Shown one piece after another: positions 26,747 through 36,027 of a stretch of DNA of 64,000 bases (positions within the stretch are counted from its first letter, which is position 1; each line of letters opens with the position of its first letter). A program made the position numbers and the translations under genes. The stretch comes from Ferruginibacter sp. (lineage in GTDB: Bacteria; Bacteroidota; Bacteroidia; Chitinophagales; Chitinophagaceae). Under the pieces are notes generated by a model. The model was not told the DNA's origin. It did not search any database and saw only the letters and a list, made by a program, of their open reading frames with translations. The stretch covers positions 7,319 to 71,318 of the forward strand of contig JBGAHV010000013.1 in NCBI GenBank assembly GCA_044225995.1, in the 5' to 3' direction.

Positions 26747-26927
26747 GGGTGAAGATTATTATTTTAATGAGCAGGGGTTTATAGTACTCACTGAAAAATA
26801 TCATTTGCAAAAAGGATTTTGTTGCGGCAATGGCTGCAAACACTGCCCCTATAACTATGAAAATGTACCTGAGCCGCAACGCACCAAATTATTATCTTTA
26901 ACCACAGATGGCAAAGAAGTTAACTAA
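26730..26927 (+). CDS. DUF5522-like small Cys-rich protein
   Basis: 65 aa with YYFNEQGFIVLTEKYHLQKGFCCGNGCKHCPY. It overlaps the trmB end by 17 nt and the next gene by 20 nt. Confidence 0.65.
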   Translation: MKNLIEGEDYYFNEQGFIVLTEKYHLQKGFCCGNGCKHCPYNYENVPEPQRTKLLSLTTDGKEVN

Positions 26928-27318
26928 ACCTGCTGCAAAAAAAACGGCAATAAAAAAGACAGAAGAAAAGCCCCGCAGTACTGTAAAAGAATACAGCTTT
27001 TTCCAGGACGTTTATGAAGTGGTGCGGCAAATACCAAAGGGCCGTGTTACCAGTTATGGTGCCATTGCCAATTACTTGGGTACTAAATTAAGTGCACGTA
27101 TGGTAGGCTGGGCCATGAATGCTGCCGGCACCGCTAAACCAAAAGTTCCTGCACAACGTGTGGTAAACCGCCTGGGTATCCTTAGTGGCAAACATCATTT
27201 TGGTACATCTCCTTCAATGGAAGATTTATTAAAGAAAGATGGTGTGGAAGTTAAAAACGATACCATTGTTGATTTTAAAAAACGCTTTTGGGACCCTGCA
27301 GAAGAATTAGGTTTGTAA
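26908..27318 (+). CDS. MGMT-family DNA-binding protein lacking the acceptor cysteine (alkyltransferase-like, Atl/YbaZ type)
   Basis: 136 aa. IPKGRVTSYGAIANYLG is the helix-turn-helix wing. The site where MGMT has PCHRV reads PAQRV here (27148-27162). Confidence 0.75.
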   Translation: MAKKLTKPAAKKTAIKKTEEKPRSTVKEYSFFQDVYEVVRQIPKGRVTSYGAIANYLGTKLSARMVGWAMNAAGTAKPKVPAQRVVNRLGILSGKHHFGTSPSMEDLLKKDGVEVKNDTIVDFKKRFWDPAEELGL

Positions 27319-27461
27319 TAATATTTGAAAATCAGCCTGTCAATATTTATTCCTCCTGTCATAACTATAATTCGCCCTTTATCCATTTTTATATTTTCTG
27401 TACGAAGGTATTGGTAGATTTTTGAGCAGCCATTTAATTAAAGTATAGCAAAACTATTGAC

Positions 27462-29966
27462 ATGAAAACAAAGCTGCTGCTTTGTGCAGTGCTGCTTTTA
27501 TCTGCAGCCACCAATGCACAAATAAAAACGGGTACAATTGCCGGAACGGTTATCAGCCCTGAAAAAAAACCGGTTGAATCTGCCACCATCCAGTTACTAA
27601 ATGCAACAACCAAAACACTGGTTAAAACAGCCGTTACGGACAAACAGGGCAATTATCTTTTTGAAAAAATTGCAGAAGGGAAATACCTGTTAGCTGTTTC
27701 CGGAATGGGTTTTACAAAAAAAACAACAGATGCAGTTGAAGTAACAGCATTAAACACGGCTGTACAGGTACAGACAATTGAACTGCAGGCACAAGCCAAA
27801 GCACTGGAAGGTGTAACAGTTATTTCTCAAAAACAGTTTATTGAACAAAAGCCCGACCGCACCGTGGTAAATGTGGAAGCATCACCCAGCAATGCCGGGG
27901 CAACTGCTTTGGAAGTGCTGGAAAAATCACCGGGTGTGAGTGTTGATAATGATGGTAATATCAGCCTTAAAGGCAAACAGGGAGTTATTATCATGATGGA
28001 TGGAAAACCCACTTATCTTTCTGGTGCCGACCTTGCCAATGTACTCCGCAACTTGCCGGCTTCTGCACTGGATCAAATAGAAATAATGACCAACCCTTCT
28101 GCCAAGTATGATGCAGCAGGTAATTCGGGCATCATTAATATCAAAACAAAAAAGAGCAAAACAAAAGGCTCTAACGGCTCCCTTTCATTTGGTAATGTAA
28201 GCAGCCTGTTTCGTAATAACGGAAAAGAACAGCTTTTGTGGAAGCCTACTTTATCGGTTAATTACAACTATAAAAAAAATGCAGTAAACTTTTTCAGCAA
28301 CATAGTATACAACAACCGGGAAGGACGTGGCTTGCTGGATATTACCAGCCGCTATTACGATGAAACTGGCAAACAAATTGACAGCATCAATAAAGTATAC
28401 ACCACTTTCCGTTTCCGCAATAATAACTATACAGCTAAAGTGGGATTGGATTATACGCCCAATAAAAAGAACAGTTATGGTATTGTGCTTAATGGTTTTC
28501 TTTTCTCCGGCCATCCCACACCCAATACCAGTACCACGTTTACCGATTTAAGTGGCAAAGTATTTTCAAGGCTGGAATCACAAACTAATAATGACCTCAG
28601 CTGGAAAAACTTCAGTACCAACTTTAACTATAAACACACGTTCGACAGTACCGGCACAGAGTTAACTGCTGACCTTGATTATGCACATTATGAAAACGTA
28701 TCGGACCAGTTATTACGTACCGGTTTTTTTGATGGCAATTATAATCCGACTGCCGATTCTATGTTTTTAAAAGGCCATCTGCCTTCTTCCATCAATATCT
28801 ATTCGCTTAAATCTGATTTTGTAAAAACACTCAAAGGTGGAATTAAATTTGAAGCAGGTATAAAATCGAGTTATGTAAAATCAGATAACCTTGTAAGCTA
28901 TTTACGCAAGGCGGGCAGCAACTGGGTGCCCGACAGCCGTAACAACCATTTTATTTACGACGAAAATATTAATGCCGCTTATGCCAATGCAGGCAAAGAG
29001 TATAAAAAGTGGAACATACAAACCGGGTTGCGTATGGAAAACACCAATACAAAAGGTTACCAGGTTTCCAATAACTCAACCGTAAAACGCAGCTATGTAA
29101 GTTTCTTTCCTTCAGCTTTTGTAAGTTATACGGCTGATGCAAAAAATATATTCACCGTTTCTGCCAGCCGCAGATTGCAACGCCCCAATTACCAGGACCT
29201 GAATCCCTTTACTTTCTTCCTGGACTCACTCAGTTACAGGCAGGGCAACCCTTACTTAGCACCACAGTTTTCTTATAACTATGAACTGAAGCATACCTAC
29301 AACAATAAATTAAGCACCACGCTGAATTATACCATAACCACCGATGTGATTTCGCAAATTATTAAACAAACCAAAGGAAGCAACAATGAAATCATCAGCT
29401 TTTTAACCATTGATAATATTGCCCGCTTTACCAACAGCGGTTTGGCAATCAGTGCGCCTGTTAAAATTGCCAGCTGGTGGAACACCAACCTGTATGGCAA
29501 CCTTTACCGCAACCGCTACCAGGGCACTTATATCTCTATGCAAAACAATAAATCCACCGTGGTGGATCTTGATTTGGCTTACACCTCTTTCAGCATAAAT
29601 GTAAACAACAGCTTTACCATTGGCAAAGGCTGGACGGGTGAAATAAGCGGCTGGTACAATTATAAAAATGTACAGCAATTATCGCTGAACTATCCTATGG
29701 GCCAAATAAATTTTGGAATAGGAAAAAATAATTTACTCAAGGGAAAAGCAAGTTTGCGTTTAAATGCAAGAGATCCTTTTAACTGGCAATATTACCGCGG
29801 CATTACACAGTATGGCAACATTGATATTACCATCCGCAACCGGTGGGATAACCGCCAGTACGGCATCAACTTTACGTACCGCTTTGGCAAACAGCAGGGC
29901 CAGCAGCGGCGCAGAACATCTGCCACAGAAGAAGAGCAACAAAGAGTGGGTGCCGGTGGAAACTGA
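27462..29966 (+). CDS. Outer-membrane beta-barrel receptor-like protein with an N-terminal carboxypeptidase-regulatory-like domain
   Basis: 834 aa with a signal peptide, a CarbopepD_reg-like beta-sandwich (GTVISPEKKPVESATIQLLN...GKYLLAVSGMGF), a plug-like segment (ALEVLEKSPGVSVDNDGNISLKG) and a long barrel ending ...INFTYRFG. Confidence 0.8.
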   Translation: MKTKLLLCAVLLLSAATNAQIKTGTIAGTVISPEKKPVESATIQLLNATTKTLVKTAVTDKQGNYLFEKIAEGKYLLAVSGMGFTKKTTDAVEVTALNTAVQVQTIELQAQAKALEGVTVISQKQFIEQKPDRTVVNVEASPSNAGATALEVLEKSPGVSVDNDGNISLKGKQGVIIMMDGKPTYLSGADLANVLRNLPASALDQIEIMTNPSAKYDAAGNSGIINIKTKKSKTKGSNGSLSFGNVSSLFRNNGKEQLLWKPTLSVNYNYKKNAVNFFSNIVYNNREGRGLLDITSRYYDETGKQIDSINKVYTTFRFRNNNYTAKVGLDYTPNKKNSYGIVLNGFLFSGHPTPNTSTTFTDLSGKVFSRLESQTNNDLSWKNFSTNFNYKHTFDSTGTELTADLDYAHYENVSDQLLRTGFFDGNYNPTADSMFLKGHLPSSINIYSLKSDFVKTLKGGIKFEAGIKSSYVKSDNLVSYLRKAGSNWVPDSRNNHFIYDENINAAYANAGKEYKKWNIQTGLRMENTNTKGYQVSNNSTVKRSYVSFFPSAFVSYTADAKNIFTVSASRRLQRPNYQDLNPFTFFLDSLSYRQGNPYLAPQFSYNYELKHTYNNKLSTTLNYTITTDVISQIIKQTKGSNNEIISFLTIDNIARFTNSGLAISAPVKIASWWNTNLYGNLYRNRYQGTYISMQNNKSTVVDLDLAYTSFSINVNNSFTIGKGWTGEISGWYNYKNVQQLSLNYPMGQINFGIGKNNLLKGKASLRLNARDPFNWQYYRGITQYGNIDITIRNRWDNRQYGINFTYRFGKQQGQQRRRTSATEEEQQRVGAGGN

Positions 29967-29994
29967 TTTTGGTTCTTGTGCGTTTTAGTTTAGC

Positions 29995-30020
29995 CCGCCT
30001 GTTTTTACAGGCGGTTTTTT
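29995..30020 (+). terminator. Intrinsic terminator
   Basis: The stem CCGCCTG/CAGGCGG has a 6-nt loop and is followed by TTTTTT. Confidence 0.7.
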
Positions 30021-30054
30021 ATTGCCGGTTTTTTAAACGGCTTACCTTTATTTC

Positions 30055-30513
30055 ATGAACTGCAAACCCGGTACCATTATTAAAAGCACGGCTGCTTTAA
30101 ACAATTCGGTATTTGAAAATGTAAAAATTCTCATTACAGAAAACAATGCCGGCGGCGCTGCTGGTTTTGTAATTAATAAACAATTTGAAAAGCCGCTGAA
30201 TGCATTGCAGGAGTTTAGCCATGTGCGGCATTTTAATTTATATAACGGCGGGCCGGTAGATAAGGAGCATTTATTTTTTATTCACCGCCGGCCGGATATT
30301 ATTGAAGGTGGTGTAAAAATTAACGACACCATTTTTTATGGCGGCAATTTTGCACAGGCTGTTGCTGCCATTAACAATTACACACTTACAGAAAACGATA
30401 TAAAAATTTTTATTGGCTACTGCGGATGGGATGCAGGAGAACTGGAAGCAGAGATGGAAGAAGGGAGTTGGGAAGTAAGTAATTATACAGCAGAAAGAGT
30501 TTTTACAAAATAA
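30055..30513 (+). CDS. YqgE/AlgH-family protein (UPF0301)
   Basis: 152 aa. GFVINKQFEKPLN, YNGGPVDKEHLFFIH and GYCGWDAGELEAEMEEGSW match the family. Confidence 0.85.
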   Translation: MNCKPGTIIKSTAALNNSVFENVKILITENNAGGAAGFVINKQFEKPLNALQEFSHVRHFNLYNGGPVDKEHLFFIHRRPDIIEGGVKINDTIFYGGNFAQAVAAINNYTLTENDIKIFIGYCGWDAGELEAEMEEGSWEVSNYTAERVFTK

Positions 30514-30541
30514 ATAAGAGCCGGTATAAACCGGCTCTTAT
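30514..30541. terminator. Hairpin between convergent genes (weak terminator candidate)
   Basis: The stem ATAAGAGCCGG/CCGGCTCTTAT has a 6-nt loop. The flanks are AT-rich, but there is no clean T run. Confidence 0.4.
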
Positions 30542-30556
30542 TATCCATATCTATTT

Positions 30557-30778
30557 TCACTTTTTGCCAAATGTTTGCAGCAGCTTTTTTATTACCACCA
30601 GCACCAGTAATGGCGGCAGTGCAATAATAAAAATAGTAAGCACCGGAAAATATTTATTATCTCCTGTTAGTTTAACCTGCCACAGGTTTATTTCTCCGGA
30701 GGGCCATGTGTTTGAAAAAGTAATGGCTGTGGCGGCAATTATAACCACTATGCTGAGGGTTCCAAAAACTTTATTCAT
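30557..30778 (-). CDS. Small membrane protein (two TM)
   Basis: The tracked ORF 30557..30832 starts at a GTG. The first ATG (MNKVFGTLSIVVII...) is at 30778, 5 nt after the stop of the upstream small ORF. Confidence 0.45.
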   Translation of the reverse strand: MNKVFGTLSIVVIIAATAITFSNTWPSGEINLWQVKLTGDNKYFPVLTIFIIALPPLLVLVVIKKLLQTFGKK

Positions 30779-30782
30779 AACG

Positions 30783-30995
30783 TCAGTTACTTTCTTTTTT
30801 CCGGCCTTGCTCTGGTTTATAAAACCATACACCCAAACAGGCTGCTGCTATTACAAAAGGTATGCGCTTTGTGTGTTTAAAGCCGGTCCTCTCTTCCAGC
30901 AGTATCATTAGCAGCGACGAAACAATTACAATTGCCAGGATGATCAGCCCTTTTTTTAGTTTACCTTCTTTGGGCCATAATTCTTGTTTCTCCAT
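30783..30995 (-). CDS. Small membrane protein
   Basis: 70 aa with two hydrophobic segments. I recognise no family. Confidence 0.45.
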   Translation of the reverse strand: MEKQELWPKEGKLKKGLIILAIVIVSSLLMILLEERTGFKHTKRIPFVIAAACLGVWFYKPEQGRKKESN

Positions 30996-31145
30996 CTGGT
31001 TTTTTTATAAAACTCCCGAAATAATTCAAGCGGATTTTATTCTGTTTATAAGTGCTGCCACAAAATTAATAACCGCTATCCCTGTAAAGATTTTACCTGT
31101 GGCACTTAAAAGCAAAACAAAAACCTGTTGTATTGAACGGAACTA

Positions 31146-32474
31146 TTATTCAATAATCACTTTCCTGATTTTATTGTTTCCAAAATCAGCAATATATATT
31201 GCAGCGTTTGTAAAATCGCCACACAACCCAAGCGGGTAATTGAACTCTGCCGCAGTACCAATTCCTTCTGCAGATCCTGTGTTGCCGCTTCCTGCAATGG
31301 TGGTTACTACACCAGCAGCGGTAATTTTTCTAATACGGTTATTTTGTGCATCGCAAATAAAAATATTATTAGACGCATCAACTGCCAGGCCGGCCGGCCT
31401 GTTAAAGCGTGCAGCAGTTCCTGTAGCATCGGTATAACCTGCGGTTCCGTTACCGGCAATAGTGGTAACCACACCGGCCGGTGTAATTTTACGCACTGCA
31501 TGGTTTAAATAATCTGCTACTATTAAATTACCACCGGCATCAAAGGCTAAAGCAAACGGGCCGTTAAATGAAGCGGCCGTTCCTGTTCCATCTGTAAGAG
31601 CAGCAGAACCGCTGCCGGCAAATGTGGTAACCACACCGGCGGGTGTAATTTTTCTTATAAGATTATTAATATAGTCCGCAATAAATACATTTCCTGAAGC
31701 ATCTGCTGCCAGGCCTACCGGCTGGTTAAAAGTTGCAGCCGTTCCCGTTCCGTTTTGATTACCGGGTGTTCCGTTTCCTGCAAGGGTGGTAACAACAGCT
31801 GTTGAAGTAATTTTTCTTATTGCCTGGTTAGCATATTCCCCTGTATATAAATTACCAGAGATGTCCGACGTAATTCCGTAGGGTGCCCAAAAACCTGCAG
31901 CTATACCAGTGCCATTTACTATTCCTCCACCTGTGCCACTGCCGGCAAATGTTGTAACAGTGCCGTCTGGTGTAATTTTTCTTATCCTGTTATTATTACG
32001 GTCTGCCACATAAAAATTTCCGGCAGCATCTTTCGTAATACCGGTGGGGCTGGAAAAAGATGCATTGGTTCCTGCTCCATCTGCATACCCAACTGAACTT
32101 CCGGCGAAAGTTGCAGTGAAGCCTGGCACCAGGTACGTAAATGAAGGGCCGTTCACCACTTCAGTAGGAGTCTTTTCCACTTTTACTGTACCAGTACCTG
32201 CGCCTGCAGGCACAACTGCAGTAATAGTAGTATTTGTGGCCGTTTGTACTGTAGCCTGTACGTTATTGAAGTACACTTTTAAAGTAGAAAGGTTGGTGCC
32301 AAAATAAGTACCGGTAATAGTTACTACCGTGTTTTTAGGGCCGCTGGTTGGGCTGATGCTGTTGATAACGGGTACAGGATTTGGCGTGGGGGCCGGAGTA
32401 GTGTCTGATTTTTTACAACTGCTGAAAGCAAGCATACATGCGCCTGCCATAGTAAGGATGATGTTCTTTTTCAT
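31146..32474 (-). CDS. Lipoprotein with an IPT/TIG domain followed by a six-bladed NHL-repeat beta-propeller
   Basis: 442 aa with the lipobox AFSSC. INSISPTSGPKNTVVTITGTYFG is IPT/TIG-like. It is followed by six units of about 55 aa of the form G..TT.AG.G..G..DG.G..A.F..P.G...D..GN.Y.AD..N..IRKIT. Confidence 0.8.
   Translation of the reverse strand: MKKNIILTMAGACMLAFSSCKKSDTTPAPTPNPVPVINSISPTSGPKNTVVTITGTYFGTNLSTLKVYFNNVQATVQTATNTTITAVVPAGAGTGTVKVEKTPTEVVNGPSFTYLVPGFTATFAGSSVGYADGAGTNASFSSPTGITKDAAGNFYVADRNNNRIRKITPDGTVTTFAGSGTGGGIVNGTGIAAGFWAPYGITSDISGNLYTGEYANQAIRKITSTAVVTTLAGNGTPGNQNGTGTAATFNQPVGLAADASGNVFIADYINNLIRKITPAGVVTTFAGSGSAALTDGTGTAASFNGPFALAFDAGGNLIVADYLNHAVRKITPAGVVTTIAGNGTAGYTDATGTAARFNRPAGLAVDASNNIFICDAQNNRIRKITAAGVVTTIAGSGNTGSAEGIGTAAEFNYPLGLCGDFTNAAIYIADFGNNKIRKVIIE
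31149..32102 (-). repeat. Six tandem NHL-type coding repeats (about 165 nt each)
   Basis: The periodicity is visible in the protein (..VVTTFAGSG.., ..VVTTLAGNG.., ..VVTTFAGSG.., ..VVTTIAGNG.., ..VVTTIAGSG..). The copies are diverged at the DNA level. Confidence 0.7.
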
Positions 32475-32600
32475 TGATAATTGGTTTTAAGATTTTAAAG
32501 TGTAAAACAACCAAATTCAATCAATGAAAATTTGCAGAATTGATAAAAGAAGCTGATGCTTTTATAAATGAGTACAGGTGTTGCGCAGGTGATGTGAAAC

Positions 32601-33350
32601 TTACCTGTTTTCTAAAAACTGTATTACAAAATCTTTTTTGCGTTGCGATACCGGTATGGTATGGCCGCCTTCCAGTACCAGTGTGCCACAATCTGTTTTG
32701 CGGTCGTACATTTTTATTTTAGCGGGGTTTACCAGGCAGGAGTGATGGGTGCGTATAAATCCTGAAGGGGCCAGCAGTTCTTCATAGCTGCGCAGGTTCC
32801 GGCTTACAAAAACAGGCTCACTGTTGCTGATATAAAATTTTGTGTAAGAGCCTTCTGCTTCGCAATACAGTATATCATCAATTTTAATGAAGTATGTTTT
32901 ATCAATATCTTTTAAAACAATTTGTTTTGTATTGCCTGTTTTATTGCTTAATTGTTGCAGCAATATGGCAAGCTGGTTTTGCAACGTATGGCTACTGATA
33001 TTGTCTGTTGCTTTTTTTAAAGCCGCATGTAATTCTGCCGGGTCTACCGGTTTTAATAAATAATCAATAGCACTGAATTTAAAAGCCTGTATGGCATATT
33101 GATTATGCGCTGTTGTGAATATGAGTTGAAAAGAAGGATTGTGCAGCTGTTGCAGTAAATCAAAACCGGTTCCGTCATCCATTTCCACATCCAGCAAAAC
33201 AATACCGGGTTGCAGTGCATTAATTTTTTCCAGGCCTGTCTTTACGCCGTCCGCTTCTTCAATTACATAGGTGCCGTTATTCCACAGCAAAAGCATTTCC
33301 TTCAGCGTTTCCCGTACGGTTTTTTCATTATCAATTACGAGTATTGTCAA
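32601..33350 (-). CDS. LytTR-family response regulator
   Basis: 249 aa with a receiver domain (ILVIDNE...LLDVEMDDGTGFDL) and a C-terminal LytTR DNA-binding domain (...CEAEGSYTKFYISN...FIRTHHSCLVN). It overlaps the kinase gene by 4 nt. Confidence 0.9.
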   Translation of the reverse strand: MTILVIDNEKTVRETLKEMLLLWNNGTYVIEEADGVKTGLEKINALQPGIVLLDVEMDDGTGFDLLQQLHNPSFQLIFTTAHNQYAIQAFKFSAIDYLLKPVDPAELHAALKKATDNISSHTLQNQLAILLQQLSNKTGNTKQIVLKDIDKTYFIKIDDILYCEAEGSYTKFYISNSEPVFVSRNLRSYEELLAPSGFIRTHHSCLVNPAKIKMYDRKTDCGTLVLEGGHTIPVSQRKKDFVIQFLENR

Positions 33351-35239
33351 CTTACAGTGCTTTTTTGATTTTTATATAATAAAGGTAAATTTATTTTTAC
33401 CACAACGCCTTTACCGGAAGTGTCGTTATCAATACTAAATCCGGCCTTTGTTTTCAATTTAATGTTAAGCAGGTAAATACGGTCTTTAATAATCTGGCTG
33501 GCACGGCTGATGTGTTCATTATTTTCTTTTGCTGTTGTGGCAAGCCCTTTACCATTATCAGTTATCTGTACTAACAGGTTTTTATTTTCCTTCTCAAATT
33601 GCACAGTAATCATTCCTGGGTAGTCCACACCTGCAAAACCGTGCTCAATACTGTTTTCTGCAAAAGGCTGAATGATCATTGCGGGTATCAGCAGTTCATC
33701 AATATCCAAATCAGTAGCGGCAGTAACACTATAAGTAAATGTTTGGGGAAAGCGGATTTTCTGCACTTCCAGGTATTCATTTAAAAATTCCATCTCCTGT
33801 TCAATGGTTACATATTCTTTGTAAGTACTTTCCAGTGTCTCCCGCATTATATTGCTGAATTTGGAAAGATTGCTGGCCATTACCTGCCCGCTGTTTTCTT
33901 TCAACGCAAATTTTTGCAATGTTGTCAATGCATTAAAAAAGAAGTGCGGATTCATACGGGCCCTGTTAAGCCGTTGTTCCGTTTCTAAGATATTTTTTTT
34001 GTGTTTTAATGATTGCTGGCGCAGAAAAAAACCGATGGCTAATATACCCAGCAACCCTGCAACAGCCAGCAATAAATAAGTTCGTTTTTGTTGTGCAAGG
34101 TCTTTTATTGTTTGCTGGTCTTGCAGTTTATTATATTTTGCCTCCATTTCATTAATTACTTCTGTATTCTCTTTAGTAATCAGGCTGTCGCTTAAATCCT
34201 TATACTTTTCTAAGTTGGCTAAGGCTTCTGTTGTTGATCCGTCTGCCTTATATGCTTCATACAGTTTACCATATATCTGTTTCAGCATAAAAAGATTTTT
34301 CGCTTTTATTGTATAATCCAGCGCCTTGTTAAAATTATCTATGGCATCCTTATTTTTTTTAAGCCCAAGACATGCGGCTCCCCTGTCAATGTAAGCTGAA
34401 TTATAAATGGCGGGGTTTGTTTTTTCATCCAGGAACATAAAAACAGTATCTGAATAAACAAGTGCCTTGTTATAGTCTTTAAGCGCCAGTGCAAATTTTG
34501 TTGCAGACAAATAGTTACGGATGATATTGATGGGTTGATGGCTTGCTTTTGCATACAGCAAAGCCGTGGGTGATATTTGAATGGCGGTATCCAGGTATTC
34601 TTTTTTTTCTGTTTCATCATATACTTCGCCATACATGGTTACAAGGTTAGCATAGGCCTGTGCAATGGCGCTGGTGTCTTTTGACTTAAGCGAAACATCC
34701 ATCGCCTTTTTAATAAACTCCAGCGATTTCAATTTCTGCTTTTGATTAGAATATACTGATGCTATATTGCTGTACAGCTTTGCCATGGTGTAATAGTCGT
34801 TTTCTTTTTCAGCTTTTTCCAGGCATTTATAGTAATAGTACACAGCACTGTCTCCCTTACCTTGTTTGTTGTAATAAATGCCTATCATCCGGTTGGCTTC
34901 TATAAATGCATATTTATTGTATTTGCCATTGAGCAAATCCAGGGCGCTTTTGGCCGAAATATAACTCTCTGTTGTTTTCCCTTCGGCATTATACAAAACA
35001 GCATCCATTGCCTTTGCTGCTGCCAGACAGCAGTTTTCTTTATTGGCTTTAAGCTGGTTTATTACAGTATGGCACTCTTCAAATTTCCCTGCACGCATGG
35101 TACTTTCAAATTTTGCTTTCACGTCAGGAGTAAATGATACACAATTGCAATCCTCCTGGGCCTCCGCTTTTATAAAAAACATTAAAGAAACAACAGCTAA
35201 CAAAAGCCTTTTGAACAGTGACAAAGTGTGGGTTTTCAT
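33347..35239 (-). CDS. Sensor histidine kinase (LytS/YehU-type His_kinase plus HATPase) with a periplasmic TPR-repeat sensor
   Basis: 630 aa with a signal peptide, about 350 aa of TPR-like repeats, one TM, then RARMNPHFFFNAL (the phospho-acceptor His box of the LytS type) and an ATPase domain. Confidence 0.85.
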   Translation of the reverse strand: MKTHTLSLFKRLLLAVVSLMFFIKAEAQEDCNCVSFTPDVKAKFESTMRAGKFEECHTVINQLKANKENCCLAAAKAMDAVLYNAEGKTTESYISAKSALDLLNGKYNKYAFIEANRMIGIYYNKQGKGDSAVYYYYKCLEKAEKENDYYTMAKLYSNIASVYSNQKQKLKSLEFIKKAMDVSLKSKDTSAIAQAYANLVTMYGEVYDETEKKEYLDTAIQISPTALLYAKASHQPINIIRNYLSATKFALALKDYNKALVYSDTVFMFLDEKTNPAIYNSAYIDRGAACLGLKKNKDAIDNFNKALDYTIKAKNLFMLKQIYGKLYEAYKADGSTTEALANLEKYKDLSDSLITKENTEVINEMEAKYNKLQDQQTIKDLAQQKRTYLLLAVAGLLGILAIGFFLRQQSLKHKKNILETEQRLNRARMNPHFFFNALTTLQKFALKENSGQVMASNLSKFSNIMRETLESTYKEYVTIEQEMEFLNEYLEVQKIRFPQTFTYSVTAATDLDIDELLIPAMIIQPFAENSIEHGFAGVDYPGMITVQFEKENKNLLVQITDNGKGLATTAKENNEHISRASQIIKDRIYLLNIKLKTKAGFSIDNDTSGKGVVVKINLPLLYKNQKSTVS

Positions 35240-35270
35240 TTTACAAAGTTGTTATTAGGAATAAGCATTG

Positions 35271-35774
35271 CTAAATATTTACCAGTGCAGGTACCGGCCC
35301 TCCCGTCATCATACTCAGGCTTACATTGGCGCAATGCACGGCTTGTAAGATAAGGAATGAATCACACTCTTTTTCATACTCATCATTCAGTTGCAGCACA
35401 TAATTGTGAGCCTGTTGCTGCCAGTTCGTGGCGGGCAGCAGGCTCAGTATATCTTCTCCATCTTTATTCACAAGTGAAAACCTGAGCTTCCATCCGGCAG
35501 ATTTTTTAAAAAAGTACTTTCTTTTTTGTTGTTGCAGCTTTATTGATATTACTCCTCCTGTTTCTACTCTCAATTTGGCTTTTACCTTACTGCTGTTTTC
35601 AGCTGCTGCATGCAAAATCCATAACCCAACAGCAATATTATTCAGCAAATACTTTTCTGTTGTTTCTACAACAGCATCTGAATAGGTATCATCTGTATAT
35701 TTTAAGCTGGCAAATGGTTCTTTGTCTTCATAAGCCAGTTCAAAAAAACGCCGGTTTATTGTTTTAATTATCAT
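35271..35774 (-). CDS. Hypothetical cytoplasmic protein, first gene of the LytTR two-component operon
   Basis: 167 aa with no signal peptide and no recognisable motif. It ends 31 nt upstream of the kinase start on the same strand. Confidence 0.55.
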   Translation of the reverse strand: MIIKTINRRFFELAYEDKEPFASLKYTDDTYSDAVVETTEKYLLNNIAVGLWILHAAAENSSKVKAKLRVETGGVISIKLQQQKRKYFFKKSAGWKLRFSLVNKDGEDILSLLPATNWQQQAHNYVLQLNDEYEKECDSFLILQAVHCANVSLSMMTGGPVPALVNI

Positions 35775-35858
35775 TGAGCGCCTGGTGCTTTTCCTTCATT
35801 ACGGTTTCGCTAATCTACTTGCAGCATCCATTTTTATGCGAATGGTTTCATCTTCAAT

Positions 35859-35890
35859 GCATTTCATTTTACTATTGCGGCATTTCATTT
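35859..35890. promoter_or_regulatory. Direct-repeat pair with 21-bp phasing (candidate LytTR binding site)
   Basis: GCATTTCATTT occurs at 35859-35869 and again at 35880-35890. A degenerate third copy, GGTTTCATCTT, lies at 35844-35854. All sit in the divergent intergenic region 35775-36027. Confidence 0.35.
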
Positions 35891-36027
35891 CATAAGTGAT
35901 CCTGTTGCTGCAGAAAATTGCAGCGCAGTACAGTATCGGCTGTAAAACAACTTACGGCATTTATAAAAGCCTGCCTTTATATTTTTTTCAGAGTAATAGT
36001 TTTATGCCATAAAAAATAGTCACAATT

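Noticed and set aside
30783-30832. I considered a frameshifted or pseudogenised single membrane-protein gene, because two minus-strand ORFs overlap by 50 nt near an A6 run.
   Set aside because: The downstream tracked ORF begins at a GTG. Its first ATG (30778) lies 5 nt after the upstream stop. Two adjacent small genes explain the sequence without any frameshift.
35836-35895. A 19-codon ORF (MRMVSSSMHFILLLRHFIS) in the LytTR divergent intergenic region could be a signalling-peptide precursor.
   Set aside because: It has no leader or cleavage motif and no transporter or processing gene nearby. It coincides exactly with the direct repeats, which explain the sequence better as DNA sites.
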